Shown here: positions 13,158 to 26,160 of the stretch, piece by piece | Layout of the letters: each line of letters begins with the position of its first letter | How positions within the stretch are numbered: the first letter of the stretch is position 1 | Assembly: GCA_965113315.1 (NCBI GenBank) | Contig: OZ220364.1 | DNA from: Podarcis vaucheri | Taxonomy: Eukaryota | Strand: one strand, 5' to 3' | DNA length: 64,000 bases | Made by a program: the position numbers and the translations under genes | The notes under the pieces: generated by a model | Database searches by the model: none | The model's input: only the letters and a program-made list of their open reading frames with translations | Told to the model about the DNA's origin: nothing

Positions 13158-13401
13158 TATGGGGTGTGGTGCTCATCTCACTTCAAGCCGAGGGAGCCAG
13201 TGTTTGTCCACAGACTGCACAGAAATGCCATTTACCTAATCACTGCAGCAGAATCTACTTGCACTGGCGTGCTTTTGAACTGCTAGATTGGCAGGAGCTG
13301 GGACAGGAGTTCACCATCGTCGCATGGATTAGAACTGCCGACCTTCTGATCAGCAAGCCCAAGAGGCTCAGTGGTTTAGACCACAGCGCCACCCGTGTCC
13401 C
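13158..13401 (-). mobile_element. Sauria SINE, divergent subfamily, internally deleted and lacking its 3' tail
   Basis: gctcatctc...gccgagggagcc...tctacttgcact...gaactgctag...ttctgatcagcaagcccaagaggctcagtggtttagaccacagcgccacccgtgtccc (tRNA-derived head at right). Confidence 0.85.
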
Positions 13402-14701
13402 CACTTGAAAGTAAGCCCTCAGTATGACTAACTATAAGTAAACATGCATAGGATCGCACTGCTGGACACACCATCAGTGTGACAGATGAAAAATTGATTT
13501 TCAGATTTCTGGGAAGCTTAATAAGGGCAGAAAACCAGGCAAAGCTGAACCAAAGCTGGATACTCATTGGTCCGATGTCTGCAAAGTGAAGCTAATGCTG
13601 CTTGATGAGTGAAACACTGGCATATGGTGCCTATTTGAACAGCTACAGCCAGCATCTATGTTCTCAGTTGAATCTCAGCTGTTTCACTGAAGAACAAACC
13701 ACAGGAGCAGTCTATCTGTGCAACGCTTACTTGGGATTTTGTAAAGATCACCCATAAAGGTACACAACTAATTTCCTAGTTTTACCAGCCATTTCAGATA
13801 GCCCACTATTTCATGGGGGGAGGAGATGGACAAAGCTATTTCATGCCTATCATATTGAATCACTTAACACTAGCAACAAATGCTAAGAAAAAAATATTTG
13901 TCTGCTAATATTAATGACAGCATGAGCATCAAAAACTTTTGTTTGCACTTAGGCTAAGCGGAATTTTTGAAAGCGCTTGTAAATACAAGCATTTACAAGA
14001 TTTTTAAATTTTATTTTTACTCTTATGGTTATATAAAAATCATGCAGCAATGATGAAGAAACACTCTAAAAGCAAGGAATTATATAACATGGCAAGAAAG
14101 AAAGGAAACCTGCAACAACAGGATTCTAAGAAACATTAATGTAGCAGAAATACATATGCATGGCATGATGAACGCTAGAAATTAAAATTTATTAAAACCT
14201 TGACTGCTGGAGACAGACTCCTAGCTATGGAAATACTGTTCTGAATACTCTGAAAAGCTCTGTTGTATAACAAAATATACAAAGGCCAATTCAAAATGGT
14301 CCATTGATTGCCAGCATGCACTGGTCAGGTATTACACATGGTTTCAAATTATTGCAGCAGAGCATAAAGAGAAGTGGGTTAAAGGTAAGGCCATGGGGGT
14401 TTTGAGTGACAAATCTCACGCTGAGCAGAATAAACTTCCAAGAGAGGTCTATGTGTCCAAATATCCAATACCTACCCTATATTATCACATCCCGTCTCCT
14501 ATTTAGGATTATTCTATCGCTACCAATATCTAAAATTAGAAGAAGCTGATCTTTGCAGTTAAGGAAAGAAAAAAAATTCTCAATGTTGGTGTCTTCCTTT
14601 TAATTTTTAATATATTGGCAATAATTGGAAATAGGATCTAGAATATTGGAATTTAAAATAAATGCTGGGTGTTTTGACATAAAAATTTATTGGAGGTTTT
14701 C

Positions 14702-14702
<1 letters not shown>

Positions 14703-14767
<65 letters not shown>

Positions 14768-14774
14768 CACACAC
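14703..14774. repeat. (CT)n(CA)n compound microsatellite
   Basis: Direct reading. Confidence 0.95.
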
Positions 14775-15485
14775 TTACTTTAGTCTTACTGGGTCATAGC
14801 TACAATTATTCATTTGTTTGTTTGTTGTTGTTGTTTAGTCATTTAGGGTTTTTTGGTATTAAAATAGCAAGTGCCAAAAAATGTGATTTGCATGTTTCCA
14901 ATGGGAGGAACTTAAGTCCGACTGAAATCAATGGGGCAAGTTAGTCACAGCCAGTTTAAGGGAATGTCTTCTCCCAAGTGAATCTCCAGATCTGCCAATG
15001 AGACCTCATGCCTGAATGCCTGAAATTGTGCCTCTGAGTTGGCTTGTCCCTTTAATCCTTCAGAAAACTAGCATTTATTTGTTTTTTGACTGGACTGAAA
15101 AATTCTGACGGACCTTCAGATACTGCTATTGCTTTTATTCTATCTTAATTTACTGATATATACCTATATACTTAAAATAACTTTTTCCATTGATTTCAAT
15201 GTGACTTTCTCACAAATTGCTTTTCCTGGACCATGGTTCTCACCCTTTGTCAAACATAACCACAAGAAACTTAAACTTTGAACTCTTCTCTATGAACTTT
15301 GAACCATTCTCTTCAACTGAATTAAAATGAAATAGAAGAGGTGGTTTTTTAAAAAAGAAAAAAGAAGAATCCATTTATTTAAAAGGAGCATTTGACAGAC
15401 AAACTGCCATGGCATAATTCCAATTACCTTCAGCTGTACTCCAGGTCAGACAGGACAGAACAAAAGCAAAAGTTGTATAAATTGG

Positions 15486-15795
15486 AATCACAGAATCACC
15501 GAGATGGAATTGGTGATCATAGGGTTGTATTCAATGCTAGTCCTACTCAGAGTCGACTCACTGAAAATTAACTAGCATTGGATTCACCCCAATGAATTGA
15601 TGCATGATCTATAATGCCAGAGGCACCTAATATACCATGACTGGTGGCCATCCACTCTACTTCAATACCTCCAGTAAAGGACAGCCCACATCACCTGAAG
15701 TGATCCTGTGCACTGTCAAACAGCTCTTATCATTAGGATATTTCTCCTAATATTTAACTGAAAGCTGATTCCCAGCTATTTCCACCCGTTGGATG
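15486..15795 (-). mobile_element. Old CR1 3' fragment, interrupted by a small palindromic insert (~15521-15590)
   Basis: aatcacagaatc tail and cactgtcaaacagctcttatcattaggatatttctcctaatattt are the reverse complement of the CR1 end at 10150-10200. Insert ends are gggttgtattcaatgctag / ctagcattggattcaccc. Confidence 0.7.
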
Positions 15796-16124
15796 GAATT
15801 CAATCTACCACTAAGTGGTGTGGGTGCACAAAACAAGGTCCACTTGCGCAACCAGACTTTTGAACCCTCTCCTCCCTCCATGTTCTAGAGGTTCTCCTAA
15901 CATGCCAGAGCATATCTAGGGAGCGTGGGGAGAGGAGATGGGGGAATGACCCATTAAACAAGTGGACCTCATTCTGGGCATGCAACCACTTAGTTGAATG
16001 CCACCCACCAGATCCATATTTGTCCTCTAGAGCAAGAGAAAACAAATCCCTCAGACAGCTTAACTTTCACCTTAACTTTCTCTTTAAGCAGCACATAGTT
16101 AAAACTAGGGAATAACCACAAGAT

Positions 16125-16378
16125 ACAGCGATTGCCACCGATTTGCATGCTCTTAAGAGGGATTAAACAAATTCATGGAGGATGACACTATCAATGGCTA
16201 CCATCATTATAGGTGTGTACCATCTCCCCTATCAGAAGTGGTATACCTCTCAATACTAGTTTCTGGTGAACATGAGTAATGAGAGTCTTATCCTGCTTAC
16301 AGGTTCCCCACAGGCAGCTGGTTGGCCACTATCTAAATAGTGGGTCTTTGGTCTAGTCCTGCAATATTCTTCTAAGGC
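16125..16378 (+). mobile_element. CR1-family 3' end/UTR fragment (older squamate lineage)
   Basis: ttaagaggggattaaacaaattcatggaggat (KRGLNKFMED), then ggcagctggttggccact...ggtctagtcc. Homologous to the reverse copy at 40044-40190. Confidence 0.65.
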
Positions 16379-18053
16379 TATCTCTTCAACAGTTTCTCAT
16401 TGGACTTGGTTTCCAATACCTTCACCATCCTGGTTACTCGCATCCTGGAATGTTGTCCTGTTCAATTTCTTGCTCATAAATGAACAGCATAGCTTTAGAA
16501 GATGAGCATGAGAAGCAGATGGTGTCTAATGGTCTCCAAGAACAAATTCTTACAGGTGTTGCTAATAATCCATCAGCGGGTGTTTTCTTGGGTAATATTC
16601 CACAATAATGAACTGTTTTCCGTTTTGACATTGTTTGTGAATATATTAGGCAGTGGAAAATTAAAAAGCAAAAATTAAAAACTAGAGCTAGGATCACAGG
16701 CACCATTTCAGATGGGGAGATGGATAGATTTCAATTGATGAGGGTTATATGAAAGCCCTGCTTTTGGGTACTCAAGACTACATTGCAAAATAGTGCTGTA
16801 TACTTTGTCGGGATTATCATTTTATACCTCAAATTAGCTAGCATTGTCAATACAGGTCAGTGACCACCCCTGCTCAAAGCAAAATGATTTGTGCTATTAC
16901 CATGCATGCTTTTCCAACTGAATGAGGACGGATATTATTATTATTAAGTCTCTGTCTGGTGTTCATTTGCATTGTTATTAAACCTATTTTTAAGTTGTTT
17001 TATATTGTTTTAAATCTGTTTTCACTGTATATCGCCCTGAATAAATAAATTAATACATAGAGGAAAATTGTCTTCCCTTGCTCCTTCTGTGTGTACACAC
17101 ATACACACACGCAGATGGTGTGGTAAACAGATGTAATGTAACCAGATCCTTATAAATGCCTCGCTATTTCCATAGCTACAATGATGGCAGGATCAGTGTT
17201 TCCACTGTAAAAGTCATTTAGTAGGAGTTTATGAATTAGCAATAAAACTGTATTCTAGGCAACATACTGACTGCACAAAAGTCTCAGCTTCTCAGTTATT
17301 CTGTGTGCATTTTATTATTTTTATTTAATACACAATTTTAATTCTAAGCAATAGCAAATACAAGTTTTATTTCTACTGTAGCACATCTAATTTAGCCTCT
17401 CAACCTAACTTCGTGTGTCGGTCAACTTAATTGTCTTACTCCTAATTCTTAACATATTAAATATTAATTTTATAGAAGAAAGAATATAGCACATATGCAC
17501 ACAATGCCTGATTTGACCCTAATGGGTAATGGAAACTTGGTCCCATAAATTTCAGCTGAAATCCCGTATTAGCAAATATAGATATACACAATACTGTGGC
17601 TTTTAACTATTAGCCAGTGCTTTCTGAATAAGGAAGGAAAAGGCCAGTCCTTGTTCATTGGATTTGCAACTTACAAAAACACTACAGTGTGGATCCAGAG
17701 TGCTTATGGCAGGTGTAGCTAACCCATGGCCTGTCAAGCTGCAGGAAGAGCCCCCCCCCCAGCCCATATCAGCGCTGTGGTGCTAAGTGCTAAGATTGTG
17801 AGATAATGTCCTCTTCCTCTGCCTGCTTTTTAGAGAGCTGTCTTTAGAGAGCGATCTCTAAAGAGAAGGTAGAGTGCTTTGTTACCTTATCGCAGCATTG
17901 CGCGCAAGAGGACTTAAAATGCTGTGTTCTGATTGTTCTGTGAAGAGCAAAATGCAGTGTTTCCACTTCTATCCACTGCAGCACTTTTGATGGGTGCAGA
18001 GCTGTCTCCTTCTCTCTGAAATTCTGTCAAAAATGTAATGTATGTATATATAT

Positions 18054-18054
<1 letters not shown>

Positions 18055-18099
<45 letters not shown>
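18055..18099. repeat. (TG)n(AG)n microsatellite
   Basis: Direct reading. Confidence 0.95.
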
Positions 18100-19956
18100 C
18101 GTACCATGTCACACATGTAGTATGCGTGCTCTATGTGTGTTTGTGTGTCTGCACATGCATAAGGATACATTAGCTATGCCCAGAATGTCATCAAGTGAAC
18201 AGTTGTGGGTATGGTGGCTGAATTACCAATTTTTAAATGTATAAAATAAAAATTTGCTTCCACACAGATTTTTCCAACAAATTTCTCATTAAAATCTACA
18301 CAGAAACAGTGGAGGGCATAGTCCTATCTCCATGCATGATAGAAAATACTTCAATGGGTCTGTCCATCTCCCTTGGTATACTCAAGGAGCCTTGTTTGTT
18401 ATAAAAATTTGATAGCTGATGATCTTACTTGAATTCTCTGCAAACAATTGGAGTTTCTACTTCCTACAATTTCTAATAGTTTATCTTTTGTAAGTGGCTC
18501 ACACCTATCAAAAAGTTTTTATGGTCATCCATCCCTTTATTTTCTCATAAATATTTAAAACAGTTTATTGCAGATGGATACAACCACCATGTCTTTTTCT
18601 TTAGGGGAAAAAAAGCAAAACGCAGCCATGGGATTCTGAATTCGGGCAGTTTAGTGAGAGAGGAGGTTTAACCCATTCTGCCCTGTTGAAGCTGCTTTTT
18701 GCCCACAAATTTGAGAGCAAATAGCAGCTTCTGGGAGAAGTTTTCTGCAGGAAGATGACAAAGGAGGAATGGTATCCCCTTTTCTGTGCTTCAGAGCTGA
18801 TAGAACAAAACAAGGAAACAAATAAAGCAAGTCTATTCAGAGGCTGTAGATCATTCATTGATGGCCATGATGAAAACTGTGTTGTATAAGCTGCAGGCTG
18901 GATGGAATTTTAAAATGAAGGTAATTGGCAGCAAACATGAGTCCTATGAAATAAAATTATTCAGCTGTGACAAACCTCGTGTTTTCATGTCCTGGTTCCA
19001 TTTTCTATCCAGAGTCAGCATGAACATGTGATAAACGAAGACAGCTGACCTTTTATTTAGGAATTAGGCCTTGTTTCCTTAAATGCGTATGTTGAAACAT
19101 TATCACTGAAACAGAAGCATTTTTCAGCTTTATCTAGTTTTGTGAGGATTACTCAGAGCATTTCCTCTGTATTAGAGAGTTAGTTGTTCTGTAGCTGCCT
19201 TTCTGGATAACAAGCATCACCCCGCCAGGAGCATTTGATAAAGAAAACTGCTGGTGTCTGTCCAGTCAGTCACACAGTCAGAGGTAGGGGAGAGAGGCTG
19301 CGGCTGAAATTAACTCCCTCTTCCTCTTCTTTATAGCACAGTTAAAAGTGAGCACTTGACTTGCTTAAAAGGCAAGAAAAGGTACAAAAAACGCTCAGGC
19401 CGTCAAAGGATGCCAAACTGCTGAAGTTCTCTGTTTGCAAAGGAAACAAGGAGTTGAACTAATTTGTTTTCCTCCTGCATATGATAGATATATTTATTTT
19501 AACCAAGCTCTCTCACATAGCAAAACTTTGAATCGTAAACAGATAGTTCCCTTTGGACTGTTCCTCTAGCTCAGCTGATGATAACTGTTCAAACATTCCC
19601 ATAAGGTATATCTACATGTGGCACAATAGTCACATCCTTCTAGCACCATTTATTTTTATTATTATATTTGTGCCTGCTCTTCTTCCCCAGAATAGCTTAC
19701 ATGTTGTTCCCTTCAGCAAATGCTGAAGGCCAGGTACATTCAGAACAGTATAATGTGGTTTTAGACAATGTATCGTGGAACAGCACATAGTACTAATACA
19801 ATACTGACATCAATATCTAATCTGCAGTGCTTTAGGGTGTATTTTTATTATTATTTTCAGTTTTAAAAACCTAAAACCTAATTATATGCCCAATATAGTA
19901 TTGCACTATATTATTGGACTATATTATTTGGGGGGGGCAGGATTAAAAACTATTTT

Positions 19957-20001
<45 letters not shown>
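19957..20001. repeat. (TAAC)n microsatellite
   Basis: About 11 perfect units. Confidence 0.95.
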
Positions 20002-21117
20002 GGATTGTGCTGTAGTAATCAAAACATTGACCTGGCCTGGTATGCATACTTGCCATTATATATGTTGGAAGATTGTTGTTGTGCCTCAGAGCCTTTTTTA
20101 GGGGGAGAAAGAGGAAGGCATGATTGGCAAACCCTCACCATGATCAACTACCACTGGGAAACCAATGTCCCCACTGTGGAAGGACGTGTGGATCCAGAAT
20201 TGGCCTCCACAGTCATTTACGGACTCATTGTTAAAACCATGTTTATGGAAGACAATCTTACTCGGCTACGAGTGATCGCCAAAGAAGAAAGAAAAAGAAG
20301 ACAAAAAATAAATACTGAATGGGTATTATAACTTTGTTAGCTACCATGGGTTTTCTTGGAAACTAAACGTAGGTTATGAACGATGGAAAGAAATAGGTAT
20401 TGGGGGAGGGATATGGTCAGCACCCTAAGCTTTTTGCCTGCCGGTGTCTACTCCTCCTTCCCACCAATGCTGCTCCACTGGACCCTCAAAATTAAACATG
20501 CCAGGAACACTGTATTTATCTGCTGTATGGGGGGAGGGAACCTAAATTATAGCTCAAAAACTTTTCTTTTTAGATTTGGCACCCGGATTTTCACTTTTTG
20601 AAATATGGCAACCCTATTTTTACTCCACGTGCTGCACGCTTTGGCTCCCTCCCACAGTCACCCAATGCTTACATTCATGGTGGTGCTGGTAGTGAGCATT
20701 TACTACTGTGATTACCTCTATGACCAGTAAGTAAGCTTGCTAAAATGTCAAGCACATGTGCAAAAACAGTTAGAAGGCTCTCCTCAGATCCTCCATCCTT
20801 TCTTCAGGCAACTGTTGGCTTCATGCAGAGAGGATTTCCCCTGGTACCAATCAGTGCTTAAATGCAGCAGCCTGATGCTTCCTGTCCTTGGCTGCGCTCG
20901 CTGCCTTTTACCTCACTTTTTATCTTTAACGCCCTTCACCAGACAAAGTCCCCGGAAACATTCGCTTTAGCTGTGCCAGGAGCTCAGAGACTCAAACATC
21001 ATGATCTGTCCTCTTCCTTACGCATGCAGCACACAATGAATTAGAGAACGGGTGGCTATTCAAGGGGTTTTAGGGGGGGCAGTTCTTAACCTTGCCATAA
21101 TGTAGCTCATTCATTTA

Positions 21118-21368
21118 CCGTACTTTTCGCTCTATAAGATGCATCAGACCATAAGACGCACCTAGTTTTTGGAGGAGGAAAACAAGAAAAAATAGTATTT
21201 TGAATCTCAGAAGCCAGAACAGCGAGAGGGATCGCTGCACAGTGATTCCTCTTGCTGTTCTGGTTTCTGGGATACCTGTGCAGCCTGTATTAGCTCCATA
21301 AGACGCACACGCATTTCCCCTTTCTTTTTGGGAGGGAAAAAGTGAGTCTTATACAGCAAAAAATACGG
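21118..21368. mobile_element. Tc1/mariner (Tc2-like) MITE with TA TSD
   Basis: TA|CCGTACTTTTCGCTCTATAAGA...TCTTATACAGCAAAAAATACGG|TA. Repeated internal ccataagacgcac and a central hairpin at ~21208-21269. Confidence 0.88.
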
Positions 21369-21779
21369 TAATTTGGGACATACACTACTGTACTGCGGTT
21401 GTCATAAAAAGTAGTGGGTTGGATCTAGAACTCCTGTGAACAGAAATCCACTCTCCCTTGGGAAGAAGAGTGTGGGAGATTATGTTCTATTCTTTTTCTT
21501 TCCCCTGTAGACCCATACGTCCATTGAAAGTGTTGGGGGTGAGGTGTCATCTGGAATAGCATAGGCAGTAGCACAGGGGACTGCAGGGGCAAGGAGAATC
21601 AGCCTCTCTGCCCCACCCGCTTCTCTAATTCGAGCTTCAGATCTCAGATCCTTTCACAAACACAATAAGTCTGTGAGTTTGTAGAAAGGATCCTCTGGAC
21701 TCAACCCATTCATTGCAATCAGTTTGCATTATTTATTGCAAATACAGCATTTCTTTTAAAGTACCTTCCTGCATTCCAG

Positions 21780-21836
21780 AGGGCTGAACTAGATGACCCT
21801 TGTGGTCCTTTCCAACGCTACAATTATATAATTCTC
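21780..21836 (+). mobile_element. CR1-type 3' tail remnant
   Basis: gggctgaactagatgacccttgtggtcctttccaacgctacaattatataattct. Confidence 0.6.
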
Positions 21837-24800
21837 TTAGTCTACTTCTGACAGAGAGGTGCCTTGTATATATTCTGTAAGCAATAATATAGATTTTAAA
21901 TATGTATTCAATGCTTGGACAGATATATTTTATGAAAGCATCTGATACAAACTTGCCTAATTCCTATATGGCGTGCACACACAAAGATGCATCCCATCTA
22001 GGAAGACCAGCCTGCTTGCTTTCTCCTATACTGTTTGAAATGTACCTACAGTATTATATAATTGTCAGTCTCCACTGTAACATAATCACAGCTGAAATTC
22101 AAATGCAAGATGTAATCTGGACAGGCTATTTGGAATCATTTCTAAAAATGTAAAAGCCAACATTCTTCCAAAGGAATGAATCAATACGATAAAAATGTCT
22201 AAAATGAGAGCTTAATCTGTTCATATGAGAACCTGTCAGCAGAGCATTCACTTACACTGTAAGATTAAATCATCTTCATAAATTGTCATTAGGAGTAAGA
22301 GCACTGAGCAACCCATTCAGTTAAGGTATGTTATTTCTGTGAGAGTAAAGTTTAAAATATTTGTTTCATGTGAAAAAAGTATATATAGGGCAATTATTTT
22401 CTTGAAAAAGCAAATTTTGCTTCTAAATCACATTGCATTGTAATTGAAACAAATAACCAATACTAATTATTAATCAGCTGAGAATGTAATTCTATGCATC
22501 AGGATAAGCCCCACTGAATACAGTGGGAATTACCGTACTTCTGAGTAAACTCATGTAGGATTCTTACTCCCAGAAGCTTACCTGGGAGTAAGCACAACCT
22601 ACAGGTAGACTCAGTGCATTTCATTTCAAATTTAGGATCAGGCTGTAAAGAAGTAATTGCACTTATGTATTTTTATAAAGAATCTGGAATATTACATATA
22701 CTCAAAGAAGACATTATTAAAAGTTCTTCTACTACTGAATGGTACCTTTTGTTTTTAAAATTACAAATTATCTCATCCTTCCTTTTTTTCAGAGTCCTTG
22801 AATCTATACGACTAAGATTCCGTGGTATACACATTTTCACTTGCTAGTAGACCTTCAGCTGTTCCAAAACACATAGTCCTAATATTATAGGTTCAAACCT
22901 GAATGATTTATTATAAAAATGCTGCTAACAGGCCAAAAAGTTTTGGAAGACTTGAAACTTCCCTTTTTCCTCTTTGTTTCAACACTCTTGATATCTGCTA
23001 GTTGAGGAACACACGAGGCCTTGTGCACTCTGAGGCAAGTGGGCTGTGCCATCAATGCCTTACAAGATGAGGGCATCTTTATTTTATTCTATTTCTTAAT
23101 TTATCCATTGCTTTATACAAAAGAAGAGCCTCAAAGCAACTTACAACAAGTAAACCACTTATATATGATAGGCAGAGGTGCCACCTTGCACCCAAGATTG
23201 AGGGAGCCTGGTGTGCACTGCGCACACGTGACATCATGTGCGTGACACATACATGTAATGTCATGCACGCAATGTGTGAGTGGCATCGCCTCATCGGTAG
23301 GAGGCCGAGCTAGGAGCCCAACATGGTGCAGCTCAAATGGGTTCTCCTCTCTCGTGCTCAGGAGGAGCCAGCCCCTGAGGCCACACAGTGCTTGGCTCTG
23401 TGCTCGCCCTCCTTCGCCCCTGGGGGCCTAGCCCCCCCTCCCAGCAGACATTAAGGGTGCCAAAAACAACTTGGCCCCGTAAAGCTGGCACCCCTGATGA
23501 TAGGCGACAAGCAACCAGAAGGATATGATGACCCCTTCCACCACAGTGTCTGTACAAGTGCCAAGGCAGTCAGCCTATAACCAGAAGACTACTGTCTCTT
23601 TTGTTACACTCCATGTTGGTGAAAGCAAGAGCTAAGTGTCCTCTAACAGCCATATGGTTTAGCAAGTACCAAAACACATCATTAACAAAAGTTGGAAGGT
23701 GGGCAGGCATATTCCAAATGCTTTGATCCAGGCCAGTTTGTGGGTTACATGGAGATCAAATTTCACAAGGTTCTGGGCACAGACTGCAGTCATTCTTTGA
23801 ATTTGTGAAAGGATATTGCCTCTGGATAAGTCTCTTCGTTCAAGGCATAAGTGTGCCATCCCTTGGGAAGAAAACGAAAACTAGTGTCCCTGGAAGTGGG
23901 GAGAGAGTAGATGGAGCTTCTGGCCAGGTTCTCTTCAAGATAGTCTTCATGAGCAAGTAATTTGAATGTAATTCTAGTTCTAACAGACCTGAACAAAGGA
24001 AATCTCCCCCCCCCCTTTTTTATAGGACTGGGCAATCCCATAGCTTTTATGGTGAGAAGGAATACATCTGCTCTATTCATATTCCAGTAGCCTAAATATT
24101 ACCCAGCAGACCTTTTATTACAGTGGAAAGAAAACTCAATGCCTGCGACAGAAGAGCTAACAAAGCTTGGCCAAAGAGACCGGCGGCCTCCTTTGTGATC
24201 TGAGGGACTCACCATGTGATGACTGTGACCCACCCCTGCCACAACTTTACTTCAGAGCTTTTGCATTTAGTTTAATGTTAAAAATAGACGACTTCTGAAT
24301 ATTAAAACAATGGTTTCCTCCTAAGTTCTCACACCGATAATTCCTGCTCATAAAGTACACTAATGAGGGTCCTTCCCCCCAAAAAAAAAACAACAACTCT
24401 GAAATGTAGAAACAACCTTGCCATGAGTAATTGTTAATTATAATGACCAGAAACTTTGAAAAAGGCTGCGAAGGAAGGCCTATTTGGCAGCAGCTGTGAA
24501 AACTGAACCAAGCTATTTGGGGATTAATCTGCTGCTGAATGTAGTCTTACAAGTGCAGCTTTGGAAGTGGAGATAAAAGTGTAATGCTGTGCAGCTACAA
24601 ATCACTTCAGATGAAAAGGGGGAAATGGGGGGGGGGGCAGAGGAGTCTCATAAGCCATCGAAAAGGCAAATTATAATCATAAGGGACAACAATTAGAACC
24701 CTTACTGTACTACTATCAAAGGTCAATATACCCCCCTTGATTATAATTTTAGTTTGCCATGCTGTATGAGCATTCTGCTGCGTGTTGATGCAAAATGCAA

Positions 24801-25996
24801 CCAAAGCATCTTAAAGGTAGATTTAACTATATCTTATGAGATTATGATTCAAATCAAGCATAAAGCTCAGTTTCAGCATTCCTGAACTGCTAGTAATATT
24901 ACAAAGGCAAGCAAATGTGGAGGTAAATCTGCTTTGGAAGTGATGCTTATCTGATTCCAACACATCTTTCTTCATGTTTCAATCACTGAACAGCTGCTAT
25001 CCTTCCACTGAGAAATTAGCCACTGACAGCACAAACATAAGAAGCCTTTTTTCAAAACAGACACACAAACCTATTGATACACAAAGCCATTATTGCGAGA
25101 ATAATTCATCTGAACTTAAATTCCATTGGGGGGGGACAGTGTGCAACCAAGGAGAAAGAGCCATTTTATTGATAACATTCTTTCTCAGTATCACTATATG
25201 CATCCCAGCTATTACTATTAACCTCGCAAGCATCTGGGGGACATCACAGAATCCAACGTCTGACAGGGAATTCAGGAAATCAGGCGTATTAAACTACATA
25301 CTTCTTCAGGAATTCTAGTTTATTTAAGCCAGCTCAACCAGCTTACCAAATGGGCATGGTACCACCCCAAGGAACAACTGTTACAGGTTTCACTGAGGTT
25401 TAATAGGCATTTCCCATGGAAGAAATGAGTGGTCCTAAGGGGAGGAGATACTTGGCATCCTACTGCGTACAAGAAGCCATTTCTAAGTGGCTTTATGTGA
25501 GGTTTAGGAGATCACCAAACCCTTGGGAAGCTACTGAGGTGTTTCCATAGGGAATTTGTTGAGGTCAGTGGTTCCCCATTTCTTACCTCTTTATGTTAAG
25601 GAGAACAGTCTGATGACCTTAAAGACTTGAGTCTGGGCACTTTAATGGTCTAGGATATGATACAAACAAGGAACATTTATTGAAATTAATGAAATTAGAC
25701 AAAGCTTTTATGATACTATAGGCTTCAAAGTCTCAAGATACCAATATATCAGGGAAATTGATTAAGTTTTATTGTGGGAAATAGTCTACAAGACCCAACA
25801 GGGTTTTATTTTCCTCAAAGACATGTGCAAGACATTAAAAGTGATGATAGAAAATGTTTTATACAGTGCCATTCTTAAATGGAAAATAATTGTGTTTCTT
25901 CTGAGAATTTTGCACTCCAGGCTCTATAAAACAAATCTCAGTGGCATTTCTTCAAATGCTTCTAGGGTGGGTAACCACTGCTGTTCCAGGAACTAT

Positions 25997-26160
25997 GGCT
26001 ATGTACACACTGTACATCTAGGGAACATTTAAAGCACATGACTCCACTCAAATAATGTTGGGTACTGTAGTTTTTAAGAGTGCTAAAATTGTAGCTGTTA
26101 GGTGTAAACTACAGTTCCCAGAATACTTGGGGGGAAGTCATGTGCTTTAAAAGCATAGTG
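25997..26160. mobile_element. Palindromic MITE (Harbinger-like)
   Basis: Inverted arms tttaaagcacatgact / agtcatgtgctttaaa and actgtagttt / aaactacagt. Confidence 0.65.

Noticed and set aside
20005-20331. 108-aa plus-strand ORF
   Set aside because: Non-ATG start, no recognisable family, and the basic tail comes from an A-rich tract.
23170-23500. GC-rich, partly palindromic block
   Set aside because: Looks like a decayed DNA-transposon interior, but no TIR or TSD could be established.
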